Below, one piece after another: positions 1 to 7,827 of a stretch of 32,000 nucleotides of DNA. The stretch covers positions 1,590,001 through 1,622,000 of the forward strand of contig NC_017856.1 of assembly GCF_000260965.1 (NCBI RefSeq). Reading direction: 5' to 3'. How positions within the stretch are numbered: the stretch's first letter is position 1; the number at the start of each line of letters is the position of its first letter. Under the pieces are notes generated by a model. The model searched no databases, had not been told where the DNA came from, and worked only from the letters and a program-made list of their open reading frames with translations. Made by a program: the position numbers and the translations under genes. The stretch comes from Methylophaga frappieri. Its GTDB lineage: Bacteria; Pseudomonadota; Gammaproteobacteria; Nitrosococcales; Methylophagaceae.

Positions 1-1
1 G

Positions 2-280
2 TACATCACGGCCGCGGATATCGGGCTGAATCTGGCCTACTCGCATCGAGATATCCATGGCGATGGCAAGCGGGTCAGACGCCAGATTGATTATTATGAA
101 TACGCGCTGGAGCAGCTGCAAAAGGCCAGTAAACCGCTGGAGCAAGCTGTGACGGCAAACCAGGCATTATCTCTCACTACCTTTGATGAGGTTGATGCAC
201 TGCTCAAGGCCTATTTCAGCGACAAGTCGCGCGGTCAGAGTGCCATGAAAAGAGCTGAAAGCCTCTCCACCAAACAGTAA
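2..280 (+). CDS. 3' end of an unidentified protein-coding gene (5' part lies outside the window)
   Basis: Frame 2 is open from the window edge to TAA at 278-280 (93 codons: YITAADIGLNLAYSHRDIHGDGKRV...KRAESLSTKQ*). Third codon positions are G/C-rich, as in the following gene. The stop lies 20 nt before ATG 301 of the HD-domain gene. No family recognised. Confidence 0.55.
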   Translation, partial: YITAADIGLNLAYSHRDIHGDGKRVRRQIDYYEYALEQLQKASKPLEQAVTANQALSLTTFDEVDALLKAYFSDKSRGQSAMKRAESLSTKQ

Positions 281-300
281 GTGTGTCTGAGGTCAGGGCT

Positions 301-1191
301 ATGATCACCATTGAACGCACAGACTATGCCTTCGCCGCCGTCGATGCCTCCATCGAGGAATGGGCGGCGATCAAGGCAATTGTGCGGTATTGCGCTAATC
401 ACTACTGGGCTACGGAATTGCATTACCTTATTTCTGGCCCAGAAGAACGTCGTCCGCAGAAGGTTGAGTCCTTGAGCGAAGCGATGGAAAACGTTTGGGG
501 AGAACCCCCTGTCGAGTTGTTATTCAGGGATGAATTATTATTGCTGACCCAGTGTGTCACCGATACCGAGGGCAAGGGCCTGCCCGGCGTCGACGAGGAC
601 TTCCATGCGGATCTTGCCGGCCAGATTTATACACTCGATGTCTATGGCATTTTTGATGACGACAAGGTCACGGATGAGACATGGGATCGCTGGGCAAGAG
701 AACGACGCGTACATGACACGGTTTCCTGGATCATCAAACTGCATGCCGGGCAAACCGACAAGGCTGGCCACGCCTATGCCCAGCATCCGCTGCGTGTACA
801 TATGCGCTTGCAGGCGCTGTTTCCCGATGCGGGAGAGGATGTCCGCCACGCTGCCCTGTTGCACGACGTGATGGAAGATTGCGGTATCACCGCAGATGAC
901 CTGCACCAACGGGGTTATTCGGACGATACCATTGACATCGTCAGTGCGCTGACCAAGAACCCGGATGATGACCGCACCTATGCGCAACGTATCGAGTGGT
1001 TGGCGGAGCAGGGGACAGTAGGTGCAATGCAAGTGAAGCTTTGCGATCTGCTGGACAATACTGACCCTGAGCGCCTTCGTGACTTACCCGATGCCCAGGC
1101 CGCATCATTGTCGCAACGCTATGCCAAAGCCATTGCGCTGTTAACCAGCCGACTGGAGGCCTTGGGTGTTACGCATACCGGGCCGCAATAA
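301..1191 (+). CDS. Two-domain protein: unknown ~145-aa N-terminal domain fused to a RelA/SpoT-type HD hydrolase (small alarmone hydrolase-like) domain
   Basis: The ORF runs 283..1191. ATG 301 has GAGG (289-292) 8 nt upstream; GTG 283 is the alternative start. The C-terminal half carries HAGQTDKAGHAYAQHPLRV (from ~nt 742), the HD dyad in AALLHDVMED (nt 862-867) and KLCDLLDN. These are the conserved blocks of the (p)ppGpp-hydrolase HD family. I do not recognise the N-terminal half. Confidence 0.75.
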   Translation: MITIERTDYAFAAVDASIEEWAAIKAIVRYCANHYWATELHYLISGPEERRPQKVESLSEAMENVWGEPPVELLFRDELLLLTQCVTDTEGKGLPGVDEDFHADLAGQIYTLDVYGIFDDDKVTDETWDRWARERRVHDTVSWIIKLHAGQTDKAGHAYAQHPLRVHMRLQALFPDAGEDVRHAALLHDVMEDCGITADDLHQRGYSDDTIDIVSALTKNPDDDRTYAQRIEWLAEQGTVGAMQVKLCDLLDNTDPERLRDLPDAQAASLSQRYAKAIALLTSRLEALGVTHTGPQ

Positions 1192-1432
1192 TGAACATTT
1201 GTTATCGATGTTGAGGTCTTCGAACGCCGTGACGGTCAAGTCAAAGTCACTGCAAGTATAGCGAGCCCAACGGTGTGACCTAGCCCAGAATTCTTGGTCC
1301 ACATTGAAAGTCGTAAACGTGTCAACACCCGCCGAACAGCAAATGTCGCGGCGTAACTGGGTTGTCAAAAACCACTTGACCACTCCAATCGGGTATACTC
1401 ATGTTGTATCAATCTTCAGAAATGTGGCGACC

Positions 1433-2902
1433 GTGAGACTTACCACTCGCAATATCTTCTATCAAATATTCTTTGCTGTGATTGCCTCAAGTTCACTTGG
1501 TTTGGCACCTGTGGCTGCATCTGCTCAATCGATGAAGGAGATGAGCAGCACGTTGGAAGACCTGTTTGGGCAAGCGGGTGTTGAAATGAAAAAACCTGCT
1601 GCGCAACGTCGGCAGGAAGAACGTGACCGTATTCAAAAAGCGCGTGAAGCCGCGAGCAATATCCCCGCCACTGCAAACCTCGAAGGGCCATGGCGACTGG
1701 CGGCGCAAAACCGATCGCTCGACCTCGTTTTATATGAGACAAAGGGCAGCTCGTATGCGGAGAGAATCTATGACGGTTTTGCCCATGACCCAGTGCGCGA
1801 TTGTGTTCTGCCCGTAAATATTCGTATCGCTGACAAACATCCTCGCCCCGTAACCGCACGATATAGCACTAGCCGATATTATATTCAGACGGATGGAGGG
1901 CAGATAACAGAGCATTCCAAAGTCTATCCTGAATTAATGTCTGAAAATTGCGGCGGCGGTTCTGAGGACGTCATGGCGCAATCCAGCCTTTATGGTCAAT
2001 TTACCCTTGCGGGTGATCGCCAATGGGCTGGTAAGCTTGCGATTGATCGCAAAACGGCCTCTCCCAAAACTGCTGCGACGTTAATGCCGTCTACTTTGAC
2101 GCCGGTCTTGAGGCAGTATCTCACCACAGTAAAACTGACCCGCGAGGGCATTCCCGAGAAAAGCATGTATGCGTCGGTGGCTCCAACGAGCAATCCTTTT
2201 GATGACAAAGAGCTACAGGGTAAAGATGCGCAGTTGGTCCAGGGTTTGCCAACAGGTGGCGCTTATGTCGAGGCGATTTATCGAAACCTGCCAAATAAGG
2301 TGGCCGTGTCTGATCGTCGTTTCGCGGCGCCCTATGTCAAGGCCATGACGGGAGATGGAAACCGGGCCTATCAGGATTTGAGCTCTTTATTGTCAGGGAA
2401 AGGATTTTTGACAGAGCGCGAAAGAGCTGCCATGGATGAATGGATCGCCAATCAAAGCCTTTTACCTGCCGCCTACGTCACCTATCTCTTCCGTTATGAC
2501 GATACGTTTTCGCAATGTATGGGGCCGAATCCGAAAACAATTTCCATCCCTTGGATAGCGATTACCAAAACCGATTACGGCTTAGGTATTGAGTCAGAGC
2601 GGGTGACGTCTTCGAATACCATCAGGCATACCGTGCCAGAGCGTCTCTATAAGAGACTCGTGCCCATAAGCCGAGCAGATCCTTACCAAGCTGAGGTCTC
2701 AGACAGCATTCTGAATCGGATGCATGGCGACGAAGAACGATTGACAGTATCAGACGTCACGGCAGCCACTAGCGCCTTCATGAGCAAGCTGTCCTGCAAT
2801 ACGCCTGAGAAAGTGCAGTTTGAGGCAAATTTATTAGGCATGTATGACGAACATAATGCTGCGCAACTAGAAAGAGTGGCGATAGCAAATGGCGAGAAGT
2901 AG
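1433..2902 (+). CDS. Secreted hypothetical protein (~489 aa), no recognisable domain
   Basis: The long ORF runs 1304..2902. GTG 1433 gives a classical Sec signal peptide, MRLTTRNIFYQIFFAVIASSSLGLAPVAASA/QS. Alternative in-frame starts are TTG 1304, ATG 1343 and GTG 1424. No SD is obvious, so the start is uncertain. Confidence 0.65.
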   Translation: MRLTTRNIFYQIFFAVIASSSLGLAPVAASAQSMKEMSSTLEDLFGQAGVEMKKPAAQRRQEERDRIQKAREAASNIPATANLEGPWRLAAQNRSLDLVLYETKGSSYAERIYDGFAHDPVRDCVLPVNIRIADKHPRPVTARYSTSRYYIQTDGGQITEHSKVYPELMSENCGGGSEDVMAQSSLYGQFTLAGDRQWAGKLAIDRKTASPKTAATLMPSTLTPVLRQYLTTVKLTREGIPEKSMYASVAPTSNPFDDKELQGKDAQLVQGLPTGGAYVEAIYRNLPNKVAVSDRRFAAPYVKAMTGDGNRAYQDLSSLLSGKGFLTERERAAMDEWIANQSLLPAAYVTYLFRYDDTFSQCMGPNPKTISIPWIAITKTDYGLGIESERVTSSNTIRHTVPERLYKRLVPISRADPYQAEVSDSILNRMHGDEERLTVSDVTAATSAFMSKLSCNTPEKVQFEANLLGMYDEHNAAQLERVAIANGEK

Positions 2903-3371
2903 AGCCTTCAGTTCTTAACTGAGCAGCGGACCAACCGGCCGTTTCAGCTCGACGAGTTCATCTGCATACCAGCTATGTTTTTTGAACCAGGCGTTGTTGC
3001 GACAGAGTACCGACGCGCAGCTTGATTTTTGTTTGCCAAGACTGCGGGTCTGTAAATACCGGCCCAATAGCAAGGCGTCTGTGCTCAGATGATGCGACGA
3101 TCTGCCCATGGTCGCCAACAATAATTGCGTGGATTTATGTCACTGTAGATGATCGATACGTCTCCAAAAATTTTGGCAGCTGTTCACAGGCAAATTATTC
3201 GATCAAATAGAAGAGGGAGCTGTTAATGGATGGAGTTTTTGGTAGGGACAAGGTATGAGCTGAGGCGGTTTGATCAAAGATTCTGCCGGGCTGCCCAAGC
3301 CTTTATGAAGTTTTCAGATTATTTTTAAGGTCAACGAGCACTTTTGTTTAAGTATCTCGTAAACCCGATCA

Positions 3372-3743
3372 TTACACCAAGTCATCTATATTGACATCCA
3401 GCACATTGGCAATGGCCCTGTAGGCATCAACCCGTCCTTCACGCTTTCCGGTCTCAATTTGCGCGATGTACGCCTGTGAAAGCCCTGCAGCATCAGCCAG
3501 AGTAGCCTGTGACATACCACGGTATTCACGCCAAACTTTCACCGCGTTTACATTGGCCAGCAACGAATCAACGATATTAGACGGCACCAGTTCATCCTCA
3601 CCTGCCGCCAGTGTGGCTTCGGCCTTATCAAAAGCGGCTACATCGTCCAGCATTTCAGCCTTTTCGATTAATGCCTGGTAGTCGGCAATTGGCACCACCG
3701 CATACTCGGGCACGCCATTGTTCTCAATGATCTGTGCGCTCAT
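3372..3743 (-). CDS. Type II antitoxin, XRE-family HTH at the C-terminus with a Phd/YefM-like N-terminal segment
   Basis: 123-aa ORF. The HTH is MSQATLADAAGLSQAYIAQIETGKR. Its start overlaps the stop of the upstream RelE-like gene by 4 nt (3740-3743). Confidence 0.8.
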   Translation of the reverse strand: MSAQIIENNGVPEYAVVPIADYQALIEKAEMLDDVAAFDKAEATLAAGEDELVPSNIVDSLLANVNAVKVWREYRGMSQATLADAAGLSQAYIAQIETGKREGRVDAYRAIANVLDVNIDDLV

Positions 3744-3991
3744 TTGTAGATACCTCCAGGTGGGCCAACAGCCAACACAAGAACCGTTACCTGTTCGCCT
3801 TCAATTTTGTAAATACCACGGTACCCGCCAATCCGCAGCCGGTAGCCTTCGCGTCCTGCCAGTTTTTTGACTTCCCAATGGCCTCGGCTATTAGCTATTT
3901 CCTGAAATGCAGTACGGAACTGGTCAGCAACGTTTGCGGGTAGTTTCCGAAGTCCTTTAATTGCTTTTCTGCTGTACTGCACTTTTCCCAT
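3740..3991 (-). CDS. Type II toxin, RelE/ParE superfamily (toxin-first, HigB-like gene order)
   Basis: 83-aa basic protein. The KLAGREGYRLRIGGYRGIYKIEGEQVTVLVLAVGPRG-like C-terminus is typical of RelE/ParE toxins. It is translationally coupled to the antitoxin. Confidence 0.8.
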   Translation of the reverse strand: MGKVQYSRKAIKGLRKLPANVADQFRTAFQEIANSRGHWEVKKLAGREGYRLRIGGYRGIYKIEGEQVTVLVLAVGPPGGIYK

Positions 3992-4001
3992 GCGTTCTAA
4001 T

Positions 4002-4020
4002 ATAGCAATATGCTATTATA
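4002..4020 (-). promoter_or_regulatory. Putative TA promoter -10 (TATAAT on the minus strand, 4015-4020) overlapping a 6-3-6 palindrome ATAGCA-ATA-TGCTAT (4002-4016), the likely autoregulatory operator
   Basis: A perfect inverted repeat lies 11 nt upstream of the toxin ATG, and a perfect TATAAT hexamer overlaps it. No good -35 was found. Confidence 0.4.
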
Positions 4021-4435
4021 TTTCAAACAAAAAGTATTGCTTCTTGAGGGGGGTTGGGTCGGGCAGCGTGGCGAACTACAAACCTTCAGGCACGGAGGTA
4101 ACTATTTTTCAGCATTTTCTGAGCATGGTATTTTTCATGGTATCAGTCAAACACGAAACCCTAACCTACTGAAAATAAAACATAAAAACCTCTTATTGAT
4201 AATCGAGTGGGAATAATCATCGCAGCATGTGCGCTGAGTTATTCGCTGCGAGATCACCTCAGCAGCTTTTCGCAACGGGATAGCCTAACGAGTCGATTTT
4301 AGAGCAAAATTATGCTTAACGGCGTTGAATGCCGGTATTTCTCTTAGGATGGATTAAGCGAGTCTGCCTCTCGCTTGAGTATCTTAAAAAAAACAGCTGT
4401 CAGAGCCGATAAACAGCGCTAAACCAGACAAAAAT

Positions 4436-4450
4436 AATTGCTTAGCAATT
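4436..4450. promoter_or_regulatory. Perfect palindrome AATTGCT-T-AGCAATT immediately upstream of the Sel1 lipoprotein ORF, a possible regulator binding site
   Basis: 7-bp arms with a 1-nt centre, ending 4 nt before the first possible start codon (TTG 4455). Confidence 0.2.
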
Positions 4451-4454
4451 TGAT

Positions 4455-5405
4455 TTGCTGAAATATAAAAAGGTGTGTCAGATTATATGGAATCTGATTG
4501 TTGCAACGCAGGGTAATTTTCTGAAATCACAGCCGACTCATTTCCCCGTGTCTCTGGTGCTATTGGCAACCGTTTGCCTGATGCTGACTGGTTGTACCTT
4601 TTTTCAACAACAAACCACATCAACGCAATCAGCAGTCACACTTGAACCGGGCCCGGATGCCAACCAAGAGACAAACACGCAGATCACGGAACCTGAACGT
4701 GATGCTTTTTCAGATCTAAAAGACGCGCAAACCGTGCGCGATTTGTTTGCGCAAGATTATATTGACCCGCTGACACAGTATCTGAAAACGCATGCTGATC
4801 AGACAAATCTGTCAGCCTCAATAAAACTTGTCAAAGCAGAACGAGACCGACGTTGTCAGGTTATTGCCAAAGAATATGATAACCGCCCTGTTACCGCTGA
4901 GTCGGTTGCCAGATACCAATCTGGTTATCAGTTTTCCTGCCCCGCTGAAGTATCTGCTTATGCAGCACGACTTGAACCAACAGACCAAGACAGCACGGTG
5001 GCGAACGAAAGTGAGTCGCTTTCTTCTGAAAACAATGCAACAACGAGTTCTACGCCTTCGGCCGAGCTTGAAAAGTGTTATCTGTTGACCAGCATCAAAA
5101 ATTACAGCGCAGCAATAAAAACCTGTGAGCCGTTGGCTGCCGCAGGCGATACGGCGGCGCAATATCAAATGGCAAAAATACTGAACGCACTCTACCGGTA
5201 TGATGAAGCTATTTCATGGGCCGAAAAAGCCGCGCCTGCCTCTGCGGATAGCAGCTTTCTGTTAGCGACTCTGTATGCGCGAGGACAAGGCACATCGCAA
5301 GATCTCAATAAAGCCAATTACTGGTATCAGAAAGCCGCCGAATCAGGTCATCCTGAGGCGATAAAGTTACTTGAAAAAAAAGCCACCACTGAGGTTATCC
5401 CCTGA
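4455..5405 (+). CDS. Lipoprotein with C-terminal Sel1-type (TPR-like) repeats
   Basis: The lipobox is LMLTG|C. The Sel1 repeat signature is LATLYARGQGTSQDLNKANYWYQKAAESGHPEAIKLL. The start is ambiguous (TTG 4455, GTG 4473 or GTG 4548; there is no in-frame ATG before the lipobox). Confidence 0.7.
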   Translation: MLKYKKVCQIIWNLIVATQGNFLKSQPTHFPVSLVLLATVCLMLTGCTFFQQQTTSTQSAVTLEPGPDANQETNTQITEPERDAFSDLKDAQTVRDLFAQDYIDPLTQYLKTHADQTNLSASIKLVKAERDRRCQVIAKEYDNRPVTAESVARYQSGYQFSCPAEVSAYAARLEPTDQDSTVANESESLSSENNATTSSTPSAELEKCYLLTSIKNYSAAIKTCEPLAAAGDTAAQYQMAKILNALYRYDEAISWAEKAAPASADSSFLLATLYARGQGTSQDLNKANYWYQKAAESGHPEAIKLLEKKATTEVIP

Positions 5406-5437
5406 AATTGGCACTCCCTTCACGATTGAAATCGGGT

Positions 5438-7738
5438 ATGCCTGCCTTACTTAAGGATCATGCCAGACAAAGCTTGTTATGGCTGATCGTTTTGCTGGTA
5501 TTGCTGATGTTTACTGGCATGTGGGTGTTGTCTTCCTTGAATCTGAATTTTTCGGAAAAAACGTTATCTGGTCTGCGTAGTGAGCAGATAAAAGATAATT
5601 TCCAAGCGGGACTCGCCAGAATTGAACATCGGCAAAATGCGCTGCAAAGCTACAACACGACACTAGCCCAAGTAGGAGAAAGCTTTTGGCGTTTAACACA
5701 AACCAGCAATGAGCCTATCGCCAAAACCCGGCTCCGGGATCAACTCGATCACACGGTGAAAGCACACCTGCAAGGATTTGAGGGCGCGTCTGGTGGTTAC
5801 CTGTGGTTTAAATCCGATCTGGCAGCCTACTTTGGGGCCTTGGGTTATCACTTAGACAATGGTCATGTTGGTGCCCCGTTATCAGCCGATAAAGATTACC
5901 AGCAAGAAGGCTGGTTTCGACACCTTTCCGAACAGCTTGGTAACAGCCCACCCATTCCCGGTAAAGTCTATTGGACTCCCGCCTATTTTGATGTCGTTGA
6001 ACAGCAGGCAAAACTGGCGCTGATTAGCCCCATGTTTGATATTGAAAATAATCTTATTGGCTATGCCACAACCGACTGGGCAGCCGATACTATTATCGAA
6101 ATGGTCAGCCAGACACATGTCACCCATAGTGGTTTTGCATTTTTACTGGATCAAAATAATCGATCTTTATCCAGCCTCAACCTGAATGAAGATACCCTAC
6201 TTGCCCAAGAGTTGATTGATGCCATTCTGGCGCTGGACTTACCCAATGATCCCACGCTTAGGGCGCAACCTGAACCAAACACTGATGAGGTTCACATTGC
6301 AAACAGGGACTGGTTACTCTGGTTTGACAGTACGCCTGCTGGCATGGTGTTTGGGGTCGGAGCGCCGCAAGATGAAATTGATGCCGTCCTGTTGCCAATG
6401 CGTGATACCAATCAGCATATTCTGATTGTTACTGGTCTCATACTGATGGGCATCAGCTTCTGGCTACTTCGGCGCATGCTGAAATTACTGGCAGCTCTGA
6501 ACGCAGCCTACACTGATTCGTTAACCCATCTGCCAAACCGACCTAAGCTGCTGATTGATATAGCAAGCAGTGACCGAGTTGAGTTAGTCCTAATTAACAT
6601 TGACCGTTTTAAAGAGATTAACTCACTTTTTGGCCAATCGTGTGGGGACAGTGTATTGATTGCCGTGGCGGATAAACTGCAACGTATTGCTCAACCCATG
6701 GAAATGCAGCTTTATCGATTGCCTGGAGATGAGTTTGCACTCATCTTTCCAATCTTGCCAGCGACCGAACGAGAGCAACTGGCCAGCAATCTACATGAAC
6801 AGCTTCAAGGACTGACAGTAAATTGGCAGGGTCAACTGCTAACCCTGCATTTCACTTTTGGTATTGCCAGCCAGGATGATAAACGTCATACGCCTAATGA
6901 TGATCGACTGCTTACCTATGCCAGTATTGCGCTGCGCGAAGCGCGAAGCGCATCGAGGAATTATGGGTTTTATGATCCGGCTGATTCCCAAGAGGCTGTT
7001 TATGAGCAGAATATGCGGTTATCCCGACAATTGCGTGATGCGCTGACCGCCGATCGCATCATTCCCTGGTTTCAACCGATCTATGATAATGTCACCGGAC
7101 GAATAAACAAGTATGAATGTCTCATCCGCTTGGTAGATCAGACAGACAATATCGTTAGCCCAGGCCAGTTTCTGGAATTAGCGCATCAACTGCGCCTCTC
7201 CCGAGAACTGACCCGGCGCATGATAGAAAAATGTTTTGCTACCTTTCGGGATACCGATTTTACCTTTTCGATTAATCTTTCTTGTGCCGATGTTCAAGAG
7301 CCAGGATTAGTGGATTTTCTGACCGATACGCTGCGTGAGACAGGATTAGGCAAGCAAGTCATCTTTGAAATTCTCGAATCAGATGGCATTGCCAACTATC
7401 ATGACGTCATCCAGTTTATTCATCGGGTTAAAGCCTTTGGTTGCCAGATTGCCATTGATGACTTTGGTACCGGATATTCCAACTTTGCCCACTTACAACG
7501 CCTGAATGTGGATATCATCAAAATTGACGGCAGCTTGATCCGTCATATTCACGAAGATCCAACAGCAAGACAGGTCACTGAGGGGATCGTGGAGTTTGCA
7601 AAACGACTCAATATGAAAACCGTCGCAGAATTTGTGCATTGCAAAGCCGTACAGGAAGAAGTGTTGGCGATGAACATTGACTTTTCTCAAGGCGCATTTT
7701 TCGGTATGCCTTCATCGCAGTTGACCGGTCGTTCCTGA
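5438..7738 (+). CDS. Membrane sensor protein: periplasmic domain between two TM helices, then a degenerate GGDEF domain and an EAL c-di-GMP phosphodiesterase domain
   Basis: The ORF runs 5408..7738 (TTG 5408 or ATG 5438). The GGDEF motif reads LPGDEF, with the first Gly replaced by Pro. The EAL domain has ECLIR, SINLS, EILE, DDFGTGYSN, KIDGS, AEFV and QGAFFGMP. The ORF begins 2 nt after the Sel1 lipoprotein stop if TTG 5408 is used. Confidence 0.85.
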   Translation: MPALLKDHARQSLLWLIVLLVLLMFTGMWVLSSLNLNFSEKTLSGLRSEQIKDNFQAGLARIEHRQNALQSYNTTLAQVGESFWRLTQTSNEPIAKTRLRDQLDHTVKAHLQGFEGASGGYLWFKSDLAAYFGALGYHLDNGHVGAPLSADKDYQQEGWFRHLSEQLGNSPPIPGKVYWTPAYFDVVEQQAKLALISPMFDIENNLIGYATTDWAADTIIEMVSQTHVTHSGFAFLLDQNNRSLSSLNLNEDTLLAQELIDAILALDLPNDPTLRAQPEPNTDEVHIANRDWLLWFDSTPAGMVFGVGAPQDEIDAVLLPMRDTNQHILIVTGLILMGISFWLLRRMLKLLAALNAAYTDSLTHLPNRPKLLIDIASSDRVELVLINIDRFKEINSLFGQSCGDSVLIAVADKLQRIAQPMEMQLYRLPGDEFALIFPILPATEREQLASNLHEQLQGLTVNWQGQLLTLHFTFGIASQDDKRHTPNDDRLLTYASIALREARSASRNYGFYDPADSQEAVYEQNMRLSRQLRDALTADRIIPWFQPIYDNVTGRINKYECLIRLVDQTDNIVSPGQFLELAHQLRLSRELTRRMIEKCFATFRDTDFTFSINLSCADVQEPGLVDFLTDTLRETGLGKQVIFEILESDGIANYHDVIQFIHRVKAFGCQIAIDDFGTGYSNFAHLQRLNVDIIKIDGSLIRHIHEDPTARQVTEGIVEFAKRLNMKTVAEFVHCKAVQEEVLAMNIDFSQGAFFGMPSSQLTGRS

Positions 7739-7764
7739 TTTTTCTGAATACACACCAAAACGGA

Positions 7765-7809
7765 TTGTCAAAACGGCCGTAACCGTTATGATGTCACTTT
7801 GATATAACA
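7765..7809 (+). promoter_or_regulatory. Sigma70-like promoter (TTGTCA 7765-7770, 16-nt spacer, TATGAT 7787-7792) overlapped by a ModE-like inverted repeat CGTTAT-N14-ATAAC (7784-7808)
   Basis: Hexamers and spacing were read directly. The half-sites resemble the E. coli modA operator CGTTAT-N12-ATAACG, but with a 2-nt longer spacer. Confidence 0.4.
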
Positions 7810-7827
7810 TGGTGACAAGAGGCATAC

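Noticed and set aside
2-280. The idea that the truncated upstream ORF is a toxic small alarmone synthetase partnered with the HD hydrolase
   Set aside because: The visible 93 residues show no RelA/SpoT synthetase motif that I can recognise. The hypothesis is kept only as a testable inference in the findings, not as an annotation.
538-1032. 164-aa minus-strand ORF, plus a 105-aa + frame ORF at 554..871, inside the HD-domain gene
   Set aside because: They lie entirely within a gene that carries clear family motifs. Long antisense or alternative frames are expected in this GC-richer stretch, and neither has an SD or a recognisable motif.
1141-1383. 80-aa minus-strand ORF spanning the gap between the HD gene and the secreted orphan
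   Set aside because: It overlaps the 3' end of the HD gene and the long form of the next ORF. It is Cys/Trp-rich with odd composition, has no SD and no recognisable motif.
2915-3121. 68-aa minus-strand ORF in the non-coding stretch
   Set aside because: It has no SD and no recognisable family, and stops lie directly upstream. I treat it as a possible gene remnant rather than a functional CDS.
3990-4216. Two overlapping + strand ORFs (60 and 68 aa) in the AT-rich spacer
   Set aside because: They have low-complexity AT-driven composition, mutually overlap in different frames, and have no SD.
7739-7827. Possible molybdenum-cofactor riboswitch upstream of the mod genes
   Set aside because: The leader between the predicted -10 and the first ATG is only ~35 nt, which is far too short for a Moco riboswitch. 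A protein operator fits better.
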